Assembly: GCA_012032745.1 (NCBI GenBank)
Contig: JAAUQQ010000001.1
Coordinates: forward strand, 1 to 46,785
DNA from: Synechococcales cyanobacterium RM1_1_8
GTDB lineage: Bacteria > Cyanobacteriota > Cyanobacteriia > PCC-9006 > JAAUQQ01
Reading direction: 5' to 3'
Length of the DNA: 46,785 nt
Shown: in pieces, positions 36,508 to 44,674 of the stretch
Position numbering within the stretch: the stretch's first letter is position 1
How the letters are laid out: each line of letters begins with the position of its first letter
Notes under the pieces: generated by a model
Told to the model about the DNA's origin: nothing
Database searches by the model: none
What the model saw: the letters and a program-made list of their open reading frames with translations, nothing else
Translations under genes and position numbers: made by a program

Positions 36508-37092
36508 ATGATTGGAAAAGCAGAGTTACTGGCCGCGATCGCCCCCACAAACCGGGGTATTCTGGCAACCCCCGAGCAGCAAGTTGCCATCAATGCCGCA
36601 GCGGTCTGCCTGGAGGAACGCAACCCCACCGCCAATCCCACCGCCGCTGCTGCCCTGCTGAATGGCGACTGGCGCTTGCTCTACACCAGCAGCAGTGAAC
36701 TCCTGGGTATCAACCGTCTGCCCCTGACCGAGCTGGGGCAGATCTATCAATGCATCCGCAGCGATCGCCGCCGCGTCTACAACATTGCCGAAACCCGCAG
36801 TCTGCCCTACCTAGAGGGACTGGTCAGCGTTGTGGCAGGCTTTGAGGTGGCCTCCCCCCAGCGCCTTTCCGTTCGTTTCGAGCGGGCGGTGTTCGGGCTC
36901 CAGCGCTTAGCCAACTATCCGGGAGCCGCCGCTTGGATCGAGCGGCTGGAGTCGGGGCAGCGGCTCACGGCCCTGGATTTTCCGATCCGCCGTCGAGAAT
37001 CGCCGGGCTGGATTGATCTGACTTATCTGGACGATCAACTGCGGATCAATCGCGGCAATGCGGGGAGCCTGTTTGTGCTGCAACGGGCCTGA
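36508..37092 (+). CDS. PAP/fibrillin-family protein (plastid-lipid-associated protein homolog)
   Basis: 194 aa. Motifs: KAELLAAIAPTNRGILATPEQQVAINAAAVCLEERNP, GDWRLLYTSS, and a C-terminal LTYLDDQLRINRGNAGSLFVL. Confidence 0.8.
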   Translation: MIGKAELLAAIAPTNRGILATPEQQVAINAAAVCLEERNPTANPTAAAALLNGDWRLLYTSSSELLGINRLPLTELGQIYQCIRSDRRRVYNIAETRSLPYLEGLVSVVAGFEVASPQRLSVRFERAVFGLQRLANYPGAAAWIERLESGQRLTALDFPIRRRESPGWIDLTYLDDQLRINRGNAGSLFVLQRA

Positions 37093-37237
37093 GAGGAGGG
37101 TTGAGCATTGAAATATCCTCACCGTAAATCCTTGCTCACCGTAAATCCTGACTGTGGGGCGGCGGCCTAAACAGGGACGGCCTGGGATGGTTGCCCTGAG
37201 ATTCGGAACTCAAAGTTTGCTATTATCGAGCAGACCT

Positions 37238-37319
37238 GCGGATGTGGCGGAATTGGTAGACGCGCCAGATTTAGGTTCTGGTGCCGCAAGGCGTGAAGGT
37301 TCAAGTCCTTTCATCCGCA
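37238..37319 (+). tRNA. tRNA-Leu (anticodon UAG)
   Basis: 82 nt. The acceptor stem is GCGGATG/CATCCGC with discriminator A. The anticodon stem is CCAGA/TCTGG with loop TTTAGGT, giving anticodon TAG. It has a long variable arm (class II) and T-loop GGTTCAAGTCC. No CCA is encoded. Confidence 0.9.
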
Positions 37320-37366
37320 TTTTATCCCTGGGCTGTGCCCGGCCCCATGACTGGGCTGATATCAGC

Positions 37367-37735
37367 GTGGCTGGGCTGCTCGCCGTTTGGGGAATTGCTT
37401 GGGCGATCGCCGCTCCCTCTGGTGAGCTGCGGCGCTGGGCCATGCTCGGTGTGGCTGGCTGGGTTGTGTTAGGAATGCTGTTAGGGCTTGGTGATGCATG
37501 GCCCAGTCATCGCGTGTTCTCCGTCACAGGCGATCGCCGACCGCTCAGGCTGTTATTTGGGATAAGTCTGGGGGATGAATTTACTGAAGCACTACGTTGC
37601 GTTTTACAGACGGTCAAGGCCGACCCTAGGGAAATTTTGGAAATTATTAGATTTTGTTGGATAACTTTATTGTTCGTAACAACTGGCCTATACTGCCAAG
37701 GAGCAGCGGGAATAACTAATAAATCTCCCAGTTAG
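37367..37735 (+). CDS. Possible small membrane protein (hypothetical; very uncertain)
   Basis: This is the 3' part of track ORF 37154..37735 downstream of the tRNA, starting at an in-frame GTG at 37367. It has two hydrophobic segments (AGLLAVWGIAWAIAA and MLGVAGWVVLGMLLGLG). The last third lies in AT-rich sequence that looks like the crtR promoter region. Confidence 0.25.
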   Translation: MAGLLAVWGIAWAIAAPSGELRRWAMLGVAGWVVLGMLLGLGDAWPSHRVFSVTGDRRPLRLLFGISLGDEFTEALRCVLQTVKADPREILEIIRFCWITLLFVTTGLYCQGAAGITNKSPS

Positions 37736-37818
37736 GCCGTTCGTACGTGGTATCTTCGGGCGAACGCTTTTCGGCCTCATGGTCCTAGCGTGTTGAGAGT
37801 GGTAAGGAGTTTAAATCC

Positions 37819-38934
37819 ATGTCGGAGGCTTCACTGCCCCTGACGGTACCTAGGGCGTTCGTGCGTCTTCCGGGCCGGTTCAATCCCAATGTTTGGATGA
37901 TTCTTAGCGCCTTTGCCCTGGTGGCCTTGGCGACTGCGGGGCATTTTTGCTGGGGTTGGGTGAATTGGTGCTGTTTTGCAATGAATGTGTTGGCGTTGCA
38001 TCTGTCCGGCACCGTTATCCATGATGCATCCCACCATGCGGCCCACCCCGATCGCCGCTGGAATGCAGCCATGGGCCATGCCAGTGCGCTGTTGCTGGGG
38101 TTCTCATTCCCGGTGTTCACCCGAGTTCACATGCAACACCATGCCAATGTGAACGATCCTGAGAATGATCCCGATCATTTTGTTTCGACGGGAGGGCCGC
38201 TGCTGCTGATCGCTGCGCGCTTTTTCTATCACGAAGTTTATTTTTTCCAGCGGCGGCTGTGGCGCAAGTTTGAACTGCTGGAATGGTTCCTGGGCCGCTT
38301 AGCTGTGGTTTGCATTGTGCTGGCGGCGGTGCATTTCGGCTTTCTGCCCTATCTGATGAATTATTGGTTCACCCCAGCCCTGGTGGTGGGCATAACCTTG
38401 GGGTTGTTTTTTGACTATTTGCCCCATCGGCCCTTTGCGGAGCGCGATCGCTGGAAAAATGCCCGCGTTTACCCCAGCCGGCTGCTCAACATCTTGATCA
38501 TGGGTCAGAACTACCACTTGATCCACCACCTCTGGCCTCGGATTCCCTGGTATCGCTACCAGGAGGCTTACTACGCCACTCAGCACCTCCTGGATGCCAA
38601 GGGTTCGCCCCAGCGCATGGGGATTTTCCAGAGTAGGCAAGATTTCTTCGGTGTCCTTTACGATACGTTCTGTGGCGTCCGCTGGTCCGGCCATGGAGCC
38701 GCCTCGGCTGAAGAAGGCGCGCCTGCGGATTCAGAAGTCCCTGCGGATTCAGAAGATTTGGCGGGTTTGAGGGAATTGGCCAGTAAGGAATTGTCCAGCG
38801 TTGAGCTGACTGGCCTCGGTGAGCTAGACGTTGATCCAACTGGCGTCGAATCCGTGGTCAGGCCGTTGAAGCGCCGCAGCAGCCTGCCGATGGAAGCCTC
38901 CCAAGCGCTTGCCCAAGAGGTTTCTAGGCGTTAG
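37819..38934 (+). CDS. crtR: Beta-carotene hydroxylase, CrtR type (fatty-acid-desaturase family), with an acidic C-terminal extension
   Basis: 371 aa, with SD aaggag 8 nt upstream. It has three His boxes: HDASHHAAH, HMQHHANVNDPENDPDH and NYHLIHHLWPRIPWYRY. About 80 extra residues follow the catalytic core. Confidence 0.75.
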   Translation: MSEASLPLTVPRAFVRLPGRFNPNVWMILSAFALVALATAGHFCWGWVNWCCFAMNVLALHLSGTVIHDASHHAAHPDRRWNAAMGHASALLLGFSFPVFTRVHMQHHANVNDPENDPDHFVSTGGPLLLIAARFFYHEVYFFQRRLWRKFELLEWFLGRLAVVCIVLAAVHFGFLPYLMNYWFTPALVVGITLGLFFDYLPHRPFAERDRWKNARVYPSRLLNILIMGQNYHLIHHLWPRIPWYRYQEAYYATQHLLDAKGSPQRMGIFQSRQDFFGVLYDTFCGVRWSGHGAASAEEGAPADSEVPADSEDLAGLRELASKELSSVELTGLGELDVDPTGVESVVRPLKRRSSLPMEASQALAQEVSRR

Positions 38935-38950
38935 GGGCGAGCGACACCCA

Positions 38951-38994
38951 AAGCAATTGAGCGGGCCTGGCTAACCAGGCCCGCTCAATTGCTT
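38951..38994 (+). terminator. 20-bp perfect hairpin followed by a T-rich tract, between convergent crtR and aroH
   Basis: aagcaattgagcgggcctgg (38951-38970), loop ctaa, then ccaggcccgctcaattgctt (38975-38994). This is followed by gctcaattgttttgg, with the T-run at 39003-39007. Confidence 0.6.
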
Positions 38995-39065
38995 GCTCAA
39001 TTGTTTTGGGGCTTTGTTTCCGAGCAAAGCACAATGTTTCGAGAAGGGAGCGGCCTGCCTAGGTC

Positions 39066-39458
39066 CTAGGATGGCAGCACGGCTTCAGGCCTGCTCCAGT
39101 CTGGCCTCAAGCGCTTGGCCTGGCGGAGATAGGGATGGAAGACCTGGCGCTGGGGATCGTCGCAGTTAAATTGCAGCAGCAGCCGAATGCAGCGCTCTAG
39201 GCTGCCCTGCACCATCATCTGCTGCACATCCAGCAGCGGCACCTGCTGCCAGCCCCGGCGGCGGCGGGCCACCGAAGCGGGAAAAATTGCATCCAGGTCT
39301 GGGGTTACGGAGAATGTCACACTCACCATTTCCGCCGGGGTGATGGTGTTATAAGCTTCTAGCTCATTGAGAAGCTCGGTCACGGCTTGCTCCATGGCGG
39401 CTGCCGAGTTCTCCGGCACCGTAATTGCTCCTCGAATTGCACGTACGCGCCATTCCAC
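39066..39458 (-). CDS. aroH: Chorismate mutase, AroH (monofunctional, Bacillus) type
   Basis: 130 aa with a GTG start. VRAIRGAITV...TPDLDAIFPASVARRRRGWQQVPLL...GSLERCIRLLLQFN aligns closely with B. subtilis AroH from memory (IRGIRGATTV...TPDLHAVFPAKAVR...GW..VP...GGLKKCIRVMM). Confidence 0.85.
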   Translation of the reverse strand: MEWRVRAIRGAITVPENSAAAMEQAVTELLNELEAYNTITPAEMVSVTFSVTPDLDAIFPASVARRRRGWQQVPLLDVQQMMVQGSLERCIRLLLQFNCDDPQRQVFHPYLRQAKRLRPDWSRPEAVLPS

Positions 39459-39726
39459 AGTCCGATCCTCCGCTTGTGTTGGGTTAAGTCTAAATGACCT
39501 GGATGAGGCCCAGAACTGGGGTATGGACTGAAGTTTGAATTCAGCCTCTCCCTTGCTTTTGGACTTGCCCGAAGTCTAGGGTATCAAATCACTTCGATAC
39601 ATCGACGCCATGCCATCTCAGAGTCTAGGGCTTGGCTGGTGAATTGTGGGGGGTGACCCCTTATGGTTGGGGGCTGGCTGGGCAAATGGTTGGGGCGATC
39701 GCCCAACCATTTGCCAGGGACAATTC

Positions 39727-40596
39727 TTAGGGGCGGTAGAGCCAGAGGGGCAAACCGCTGGTGGTGAGGTCAAAGCCGAGCTGAGCCAAGCCTGGGGGCC
39801 AGCTCGCCTGGCTTCTGCCTGGCACGAGGCGGCTCCAGAATGGCTTGGGTTCTTCCAAGTGGTCCACCTCGACCTTGTCCGGATCCAGGCTGACCAGCTC
39901 CGCGAGCCAGCGCTGGGCTTCGGCTTCGCCCCCCAGGCGATCGACGAGGCCGAGGCTGAGGGCCTGTTCGCCCGTGAAGACCCGGCCATCGGCGAAGCTT
40001 TTGACGGTCTCGATGGGTAGCTTTCGGGCTTCGGCCACTGCTCCGACAAATTGTTCGTAGCTGCTGTCGATCAGGGCTTGGAGGATGCTTTGCTCTTCCG
40101 GGATGAGTTCGCGATCGAAGGCCAGAATATCTTTGTAGGGGCCAGATTTAATCACTTTGAACGAAACGCCGACTTTATCCAGCAGGCGTTCTAGGTTGTT
40201 GCCCCGCAGGATGACGCCGATGCTGCCGGTGATTGCCCCTGGGTTGGAGACGATGTGGTGGGCTCCCATGGCAATGTAGACACCGCCCGAGGCAGAGATA
40301 TTGCCGAAGCTGGCCACGATCTTTGTGCTGGGCTGGAGTCGCAGCAGGGCGGCATGGATCTCCTGGGAGTCGCCGACGGTGCCGCCGGGGCTGTCGATGC
40401 GCAGCAGCAGGCCAGGATAGCGCCGCTCTTCAACGGTTTTTAGGGCTTTGATGACCTGCTCTCGGGTGTTGCCGGCGATCGCGCCAGACACTTCGATGCG
40501 GGCGATTCTTTTACGGAAGCTAGTTTTGAACGGCCAGATCATAAAACGGGGGGTTGCCTGTGGGAGAAAGGAGTGTGGGCGAAAGGGGCGAGCCAT
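39727..40596 (-). CDS. sppA: Signal peptide peptidase SppA, 36K type (peptidase S49)
   Basis: 289 aa. Motifs: LLRIDSPGGTV, NISASGGVYIAMGA (catalytic Ser) and KSGPYKD (Lys). The start may be the internal Met (MIWPFK...). Confidence 0.9.
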   Translation of the reverse strand: MARPFRPHSFLPQATPRFMIWPFKTSFRKRIARIEVSGAIAGNTREQVIKALKTVEERRYPGLLLRIDSPGGTVGDSQEIHAALLRLQPSTKIVASFGNISASGGVYIAMGAHHIVSNPGAITGSIGVILRGNNLERLLDKVGVSFKVIKSGPYKDILAFDRELIPEEQSILQALIDSSYEQFVGAVAEARKLPIETVKSFADGRVFTGEQALSLGLVDRLGGEAEAQRWLAELVSLDPDKVEVDHLEEPKPFWSRLVPGRSQASWPPGLAQLGFDLTTSGLPLWLYRP

Positions 40597-40958
40597 GGAG
40601 CGGCGGCCCTAGTCAATCATCCCCCAGTTGACGACGCCATAGTTGACGACCCCGTCGATGGGCGAATCAATTCTCCAGGGGAAGCTGCGGGGGGGCGGTC
40701 TGGGATTTTCGGGGGGACGAGCGAGGGCAAGCTTCGAGCGATCGGCCCCCAGCGATTTGCCCCCAGCGATTTGCCGCAAACCATTGCTCTAGGCTCCAGC
40801 CAGTGCAGCACAGGAAAAGATATGGGGATATCCTTTAGTCACGGCTGGATGGGCGTCTTGATTTTCGCTTGCTTCGCCCCGCTTGCCTTTCAACCTTTAC
40901 CTGCTCTCCTTTTTTCGCTGTCCGTACCTGAATAGGGTCGCGGGGCCTAGCTCGATTT

Positions 40959-42164
40959 ATGCTCTCTCCTTCTTCCTCTTCGCCATGGCGATCGCTGTTA
41001 TTGGTGGCTCCTTTCTTTTTTTGGGGCACCGCCATGGTCGCCATGAAAGGAACGCTGGACCATACCGAGCCGCTGTTTTTAGCGGCGGTGCGGCTGTTTC
41101 CGGCGGGGCTGCTCGTCTTGGCCGTGGGCGTCATGCTGGGGCGGCCCCAGCCCCAGGGCTGGCGGAGCTGGGCTTGGATTGTGGCCTTTGCGGCGGTGGA
41201 TGGGATGCTGTTCCAAGGGTTGCTCGCCCAGGGGCTCCAGCGCACCGGGGCGGGCTTGGGCTCGGTGATGATCGATTCCCAGCCCTTGGCTGTGGCGCTG
41301 TTGGCCAGTTGGCTGTTTGGGGAGCGCATCGGCTCCTGGGGCTGGCTGGGGCTGGTGGTGGGCATCTGCGGCATTGCTCTCTTGGGTCTGCCCGATGCTT
41401 GGATTATCCAGACGGGGACGGCCTTGGTCCAGGGGCTGCGGGCGGGGCTGGCTGGGGCTGGCTGGTCGGAGCTGCTGTCGCCGGGGCGGTGGCCAGGGCT
41501 GCCCGATCGCTGGCTCGTTGCCCTGTTCCAAAACGGTGAATGGCTGATGCTGCTGGCCTCGCTGTCCATGGCCCTGGGGACGATCCTGAGCCGCTATGTC
41601 TCCCAGCGGGCCGATTCCTTGATGGCGACGGGCTGGCATATGGTGATTGGCGGTTTGCCCCTGGGGCTGTTGTCTTGGCAGCTAGAGCCCCAGGCCACGG
41701 CGGTCCTGACGGGGGCCGATTGGCTGGCCTTGGCCTATGCCACGGTGTTTGGCAGCGCGATCGCCTATGGCCTGTTCTTCTATTTTGCGGCGGCGGGCAG
41801 TCTCACCAGCCTTAGCTCCCTGACCTTCTTGACGCCGGTGTTTGCCTTGGCCTTTGGCAGCCTGTTCCTGCAGGAGGTGCTGAGCGATCTGCAATTTTTG
41901 GGGGTCGGGCTAACCTTGGTGAGTATTTATTTGATCAATCAGCGCGATCGCCTGGCCCAGGGGCTGTTTCCCTGGGGGGCGACGGATTCTATCCCACCCC
42001 TTGCTGGGGAGGTGGCTGGAGCGGTGAATGACTCGGAGATTTGCCCAGAGACTTGCCCAGAGATTCGCCCAGAGATTCGCCCAGAGATTCGCCCAGCCAC
42101 TGGCTCTAAACTGCCCCAGGAGAGTGAGCCGCTCCCTCCGGCTGGGAAGCCGACTCGCCTGTAA
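40959..42164 (+). CDS. DMT-superfamily (EamA-like) transporter with a repeat-containing C-terminal tail
   Basis: 401 aa with two EamA halves (LLVAPFFFWGTAMVAMK... and ...LASLSMALGTILSRYV...LAYATVFGSAIAYGLFFYF). It has a central hydrophilic insert and a tail with PE(T/I)(C/R) repeats. Confidence 0.85.
   Translation: MLSPSSSSPWRSLLLVAPFFFWGTAMVAMKGTLDHTEPLFLAAVRLFPAGLLVLAVGVMLGRPQPQGWRSWAWIVAFAAVDGMLFQGLLAQGLQRTGAGLGSVMIDSQPLAVALLASWLFGERIGSWGWLGLVVGICGIALLGLPDAWIIQTGTALVQGLRAGLAGAGWSELLSPGRWPGLPDRWLVALFQNGEWLMLLASLSMALGTILSRYVSQRADSLMATGWHMVIGGLPLGLLSWQLEPQATAVLTGADWLALAYATVFGSAIAYGLFFYFAAAGSLTSLSSLTFLTPVFALAFGSLFLQEVLSDLQFLGVGLTLVSIYLINQRDRLAQGLFPWGATDSIPPLAGEVAGAVNDSEICPETCPEIRPEIRPEIRPATGSKLPQESEPLPPAGKPTRL
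42036..42095. repeat. 12-bp tandem repeat x5 (gagattcgccca) inside the 3' end of the EamA gene
   Basis: Units are at 42036-47, 42048-59, 42060-71, 42072-83 and 42084-95. The last three are identical. They encode EICPETCPEIRPEIRPEIRP. Confidence 0.9.
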
Positions 42165-42403
42165 GAGGAACCATGGGGGAAATGACCTAGCGATGACTTC
42201 GAGGGCAAAAAACTTCAGAAAATTATGTATAAAATCTCCCTGTTTGTGCATCATTTATTACGTAGGTCTATAGGGGATGCGCTGCGATTGCCATGGCGAT
42301 CTAGGGCGGCGCTTGGACCTGCATCGGCTCGATGGAAATGAGCTGTTAGTATGATTTTGCTTCGGCCCCCAAGCTGATTTCTGTGTCCTGTCACGCCTGA
42401 GCC

Positions 42404-43030
42404 ATGCCCATCATTTCTCGCGCCCCCGTTTGGATGCTGCTCGTCTCCAGTGTTGTTGTAGGCACAGGAACATCCGCAATGGCCTCTGTGCTGCCGAATC
42501 TGGAGCGCGATGGGATAGCTGCTGGGGAAGCCGCGATCGCCTCCCAGCCTGTTGCTGGCCAGCCCGTCAGCAGCCCTTTGCTGCTGGCCCAAGCGGCCAG
42601 TCCCGGCGAAGACGGAGGTGACGCCCAAGCCGGCGACGCCCAAGCCGGTGACGCCCAGCCGCCAGGCGATCAGCCCGTCGAGCGACCCACCCTGACCGTG
42701 GGCAGTGAAGCAGGCCCCCTCGTGATCCAGGTCCATGTGTTGCTCCAGCAGCAGGGCTACTACAGCGGCGATATCAACAGCAACTTCAGCTCGGAAACCG
42801 CAGAAGCCGTCAAAGCGTTTCAGCTCAAAAATAATTTGGAGCCCACGGGGGCAGTGGACAGTGCCACCTGGGGGCCTTTGACCGGGGAAACGGAAAAACC
42901 ACCTTCTCCAGAGACTGGTGCGGGGGAGGCTGCTGGGGGAGAGGCGGCTGGGGGAGACGGGCCTGGAGATGAGGCTGGAGCCCAGGGCGAGGAATCGCCT
43001 CGGCGTTTGATCATCCTGCGATCGCCCTAG
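42404..43030 (+). CDS. Exported peptidoglycan-binding (PG_binding_1) domain protein
   Basis: 208 aa. The signal peptide is MPIISRAPVWMLLVSSVVVGTGTSAMA. The PG_binding_1 core is VIQVHVLLQQQGYYSGDINSNFSSETAEAVKAFQLKNNLEPTGAVDSATWGPL. It may be the N-terminal part of a longer protein (see finding). Confidence 0.75.
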   Translation: MPIISRAPVWMLLVSSVVVGTGTSAMASVLPNLERDGIAAGEAAIASQPVAGQPVSSPLLLAQAASPGEDGGDAQAGDAQAGDAQPPGDQPVERPTLTVGSEAGPLVIQVHVLLQQQGYYSGDINSNFSSETAEAVKAFQLKNNLEPTGAVDSATWGPLTGETEKPPSPETGAGEAAGGEAAGGDGPGDEAGAQGEESPRRLIILRSP

Positions 43031-44139
43031 TGGGTCTAGGGGCTGGTGGCTTTGGGCTCTGGAAAATCCTGTCTGTTCCCATTCCCAAGCCCTTTTCGGA
43101 CCAGGCTCCATCCGATGCGGATTCAAACCTGGGGTCCGCGACATCCGCAGAGTTGTTGCCAGCGCCCCTGGGCACTGGACTGTTGCCGGACCCAGGGGCA
43201 TTGGCTTCCCCTGGCAGCCAGCCTGGTGCTGCGAATGCCCAGGGCCTTGCCCATGTTCCCCAGGCTCAGACCTCCCGTTCGGCGGTGCCGCTGACCGCTG
43301 CCCAGGTGGCGATCGCCGCCCAAAGCGCCGCGACCCAAAGCGCCGCCCAGGGTACCCATGGCAGAGCGCAATCCCCTCTGATGCCCGGTGCTGCGGCCCG
43401 AGCCAGTGCGGCCCGACCCGGTGCCAGCCGATCCGGTGCCAGCCGACCCGGTGCTAGCCAAGATCCCAGCAACCCATCGGCCCATCCTGCCGCTCCCCCA
43501 GGGCAACTCAGCCCCAGCGCCCCGGATCCAGCCCTAGCCACTTCCCCCCATTCCCTCACGCCACCGCCGCCGCCTTCTGAGATTGCCTGGGCCGGGCCGC
43601 CGGGCCGCCTGGAGCAGCCCGATTTGGTCACCAGCCGCCTCGCTCGGGTGGATATTGTCGAGGTGTTGGTGACGGATTTGCAAAGCGTGGATCCGGCCAA
43701 GCGACGCAAGGCGATTTGGGAGCTGGGCCAGCGCTCCGATTCGCGAGCGATTCAGCCTTTGGTCAATTTGATGGCGAGTTCCGATTCTCGCCAGCGCAGC
43801 CTGATTTTGTCGGCCCTGTCCGAAATTGGCACCCAGACCCTGAAGCCGATGAAGCAGGCCCTGGCGATTTCTTTGCAGGATGAAAATCCTGAGGTGCGCA
43901 AGAATGCGATTCGCGATTTGACCCGCATCTATGACCTGGTGGCCCAGATTAGCCATCTGCTCAATGCCGCCCTGGAGGATTCGGACCCAGAGGTGCAGGA
44001 GACGGCCCGCTGGGCGCTCAAGCAGCTCAACCGGATTCGTTCTACGACGGCGATCGAGGGGAGCCAGCCCCAGCAGGTTTTGCAACAATCGGTCAGTCCG
44101 CCCGAGAGCTTTGCTGAAGATCGCCCTGGCCAGAGCTAG
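43030..44139 (+). CDS. HEAT-repeat (PBS-lyase HEAT-like) protein with an N-terminal hydrophobic segment and a P/A/S-rich linker
   Basis: 369 aa. The GTG start overlaps the upstream stop (taGTG). The N-terminus is GLGAGGFGLWKIL. The HEAT-like repeats are DPAKRRKAIWELGQRSDSRAIQPLVNLMASSD, ENPEVRKNAIRDL and DSDPEVQETARWALKQL. Confidence 0.75.
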   Translation: MGLGAGGFGLWKILSVPIPKPFSDQAPSDADSNLGSATSAELLPAPLGTGLLPDPGALASPGSQPGAANAQGLAHVPQAQTSRSAVPLTAAQVAIAAQSAATQSAAQGTHGRAQSPLMPGAAARASAARPGASRSGASRPGASQDPSNPSAHPAAPPGQLSPSAPDPALATSPHSLTPPPPPSEIAWAGPPGRLEQPDLVTSRLARVDIVEVLVTDLQSVDPAKRRKAIWELGQRSDSRAIQPLVNLMASSDSRQRSLILSALSEIGTQTLKPMKQALAISLQDENPEVRKNAIRDLTRIYDLVAQISHLLNAALEDSDPEVQETARWALKQLNRIRSTTAIEGSQPQQVLQQSVSPPESFAEDRPGQS

Positions 44140-44278
44140 CCCTAGCTCTTCAAGTCAGGGGAATTGTGCCGTGGCAGGATGTTGAGTGGATGAATTGGTC
44201 ATGGGTGAATCGGTCGTGGGTGAATCGGTGGTAGACAGAGTAGTGGTAGCAGGTGAAAGCCAAAACGTTGGGGGAGCC

Positions 44279-44662
44279 ATGGCGTTAGACTCTGCTCCGG
44301 CGGCATCCCTCTCCCAGCCTGTGGCCCATCCCTGGCCCAGCGGCTACATCACATCAAGTCTGGGGGGACATTACAGCTATCGCATCATCGGCCCCTGCTG
44401 TCGGCTGTTTGATCGGGAGACGCTGCCCTGGCCTGCCTGTCGTTTGCAATGGCGCAGTAAGGAGCCGAGCTGGCGGCGCATTGGGCGGCGGTTTGTGCCC
44501 GATATTTCAGTTAAGAATGCGCCATCCTATAACGTTGAGATTTTGGAGCCTGGCTATGGCGGCGAGGCGTTTGTGGTGACGATGTATAGCGATCGCCTGT
44601 CCCCAGACCAGCGCCAGTGGTGGTACTCCCGCTACTACGGGTCTGCTGGCGTCGAGGTTTGA
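44279..44662 (+). CDS. Hypothetical protein (127 aa from the internal ATG)
   Basis: Track ORF 44186..44662. The first 31 codons lie in a 15-bp tandem repeat (gggtgaatcggtSgt) and are doubtful. From M32 the sequence is MALDSAPAASLSQPVAHPWPSGYITSSLGGHYSYRIIGPCCRLFDRETLPWPACRLQW...WWYSRYYGSAGVEV. No family recognised. Confidence 0.45.
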   Translation: MALDSAPAASLSQPVAHPWPSGYITSSLGGHYSYRIIGPCCRLFDRETLPWPACRLQWRSKEPSWRRIGRRFVPDISVKNAPSYNVEILEPGYGGEAFVVTMYSDRLSPDQRQWWYSRYYGSAGVEV

Positions 44663-44674
44663 GCCTCGGAGCGC

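Noticed and set aside
36246-36641. The long form (209 aa) of the DUF3134-like ORF.
   Set aside because: The upstream 132 residues are Pro/Ser/Arg/Ala-rich and unlike protein, and they would overlap the divergent fibrillin gene start. The internal Met gives the compact acidic protein typical of the family.
37154-37366. The N-terminal part of track ORF 37154..37735.
   Set aside because: It runs straight through the tRNA-Leu(UAG) gene at 37238-37319. Only the part downstream of the tRNA is retained, as a very low-confidence candidate.
37238-37818. tRNA-Leu as an integration site for a genomic island.
   Set aside because: No direct repeat of the tRNA 3' end is seen downstream, there is no integrase, and the neighbouring genes (fibrillin, crtR) are core cyanobacterial genes.
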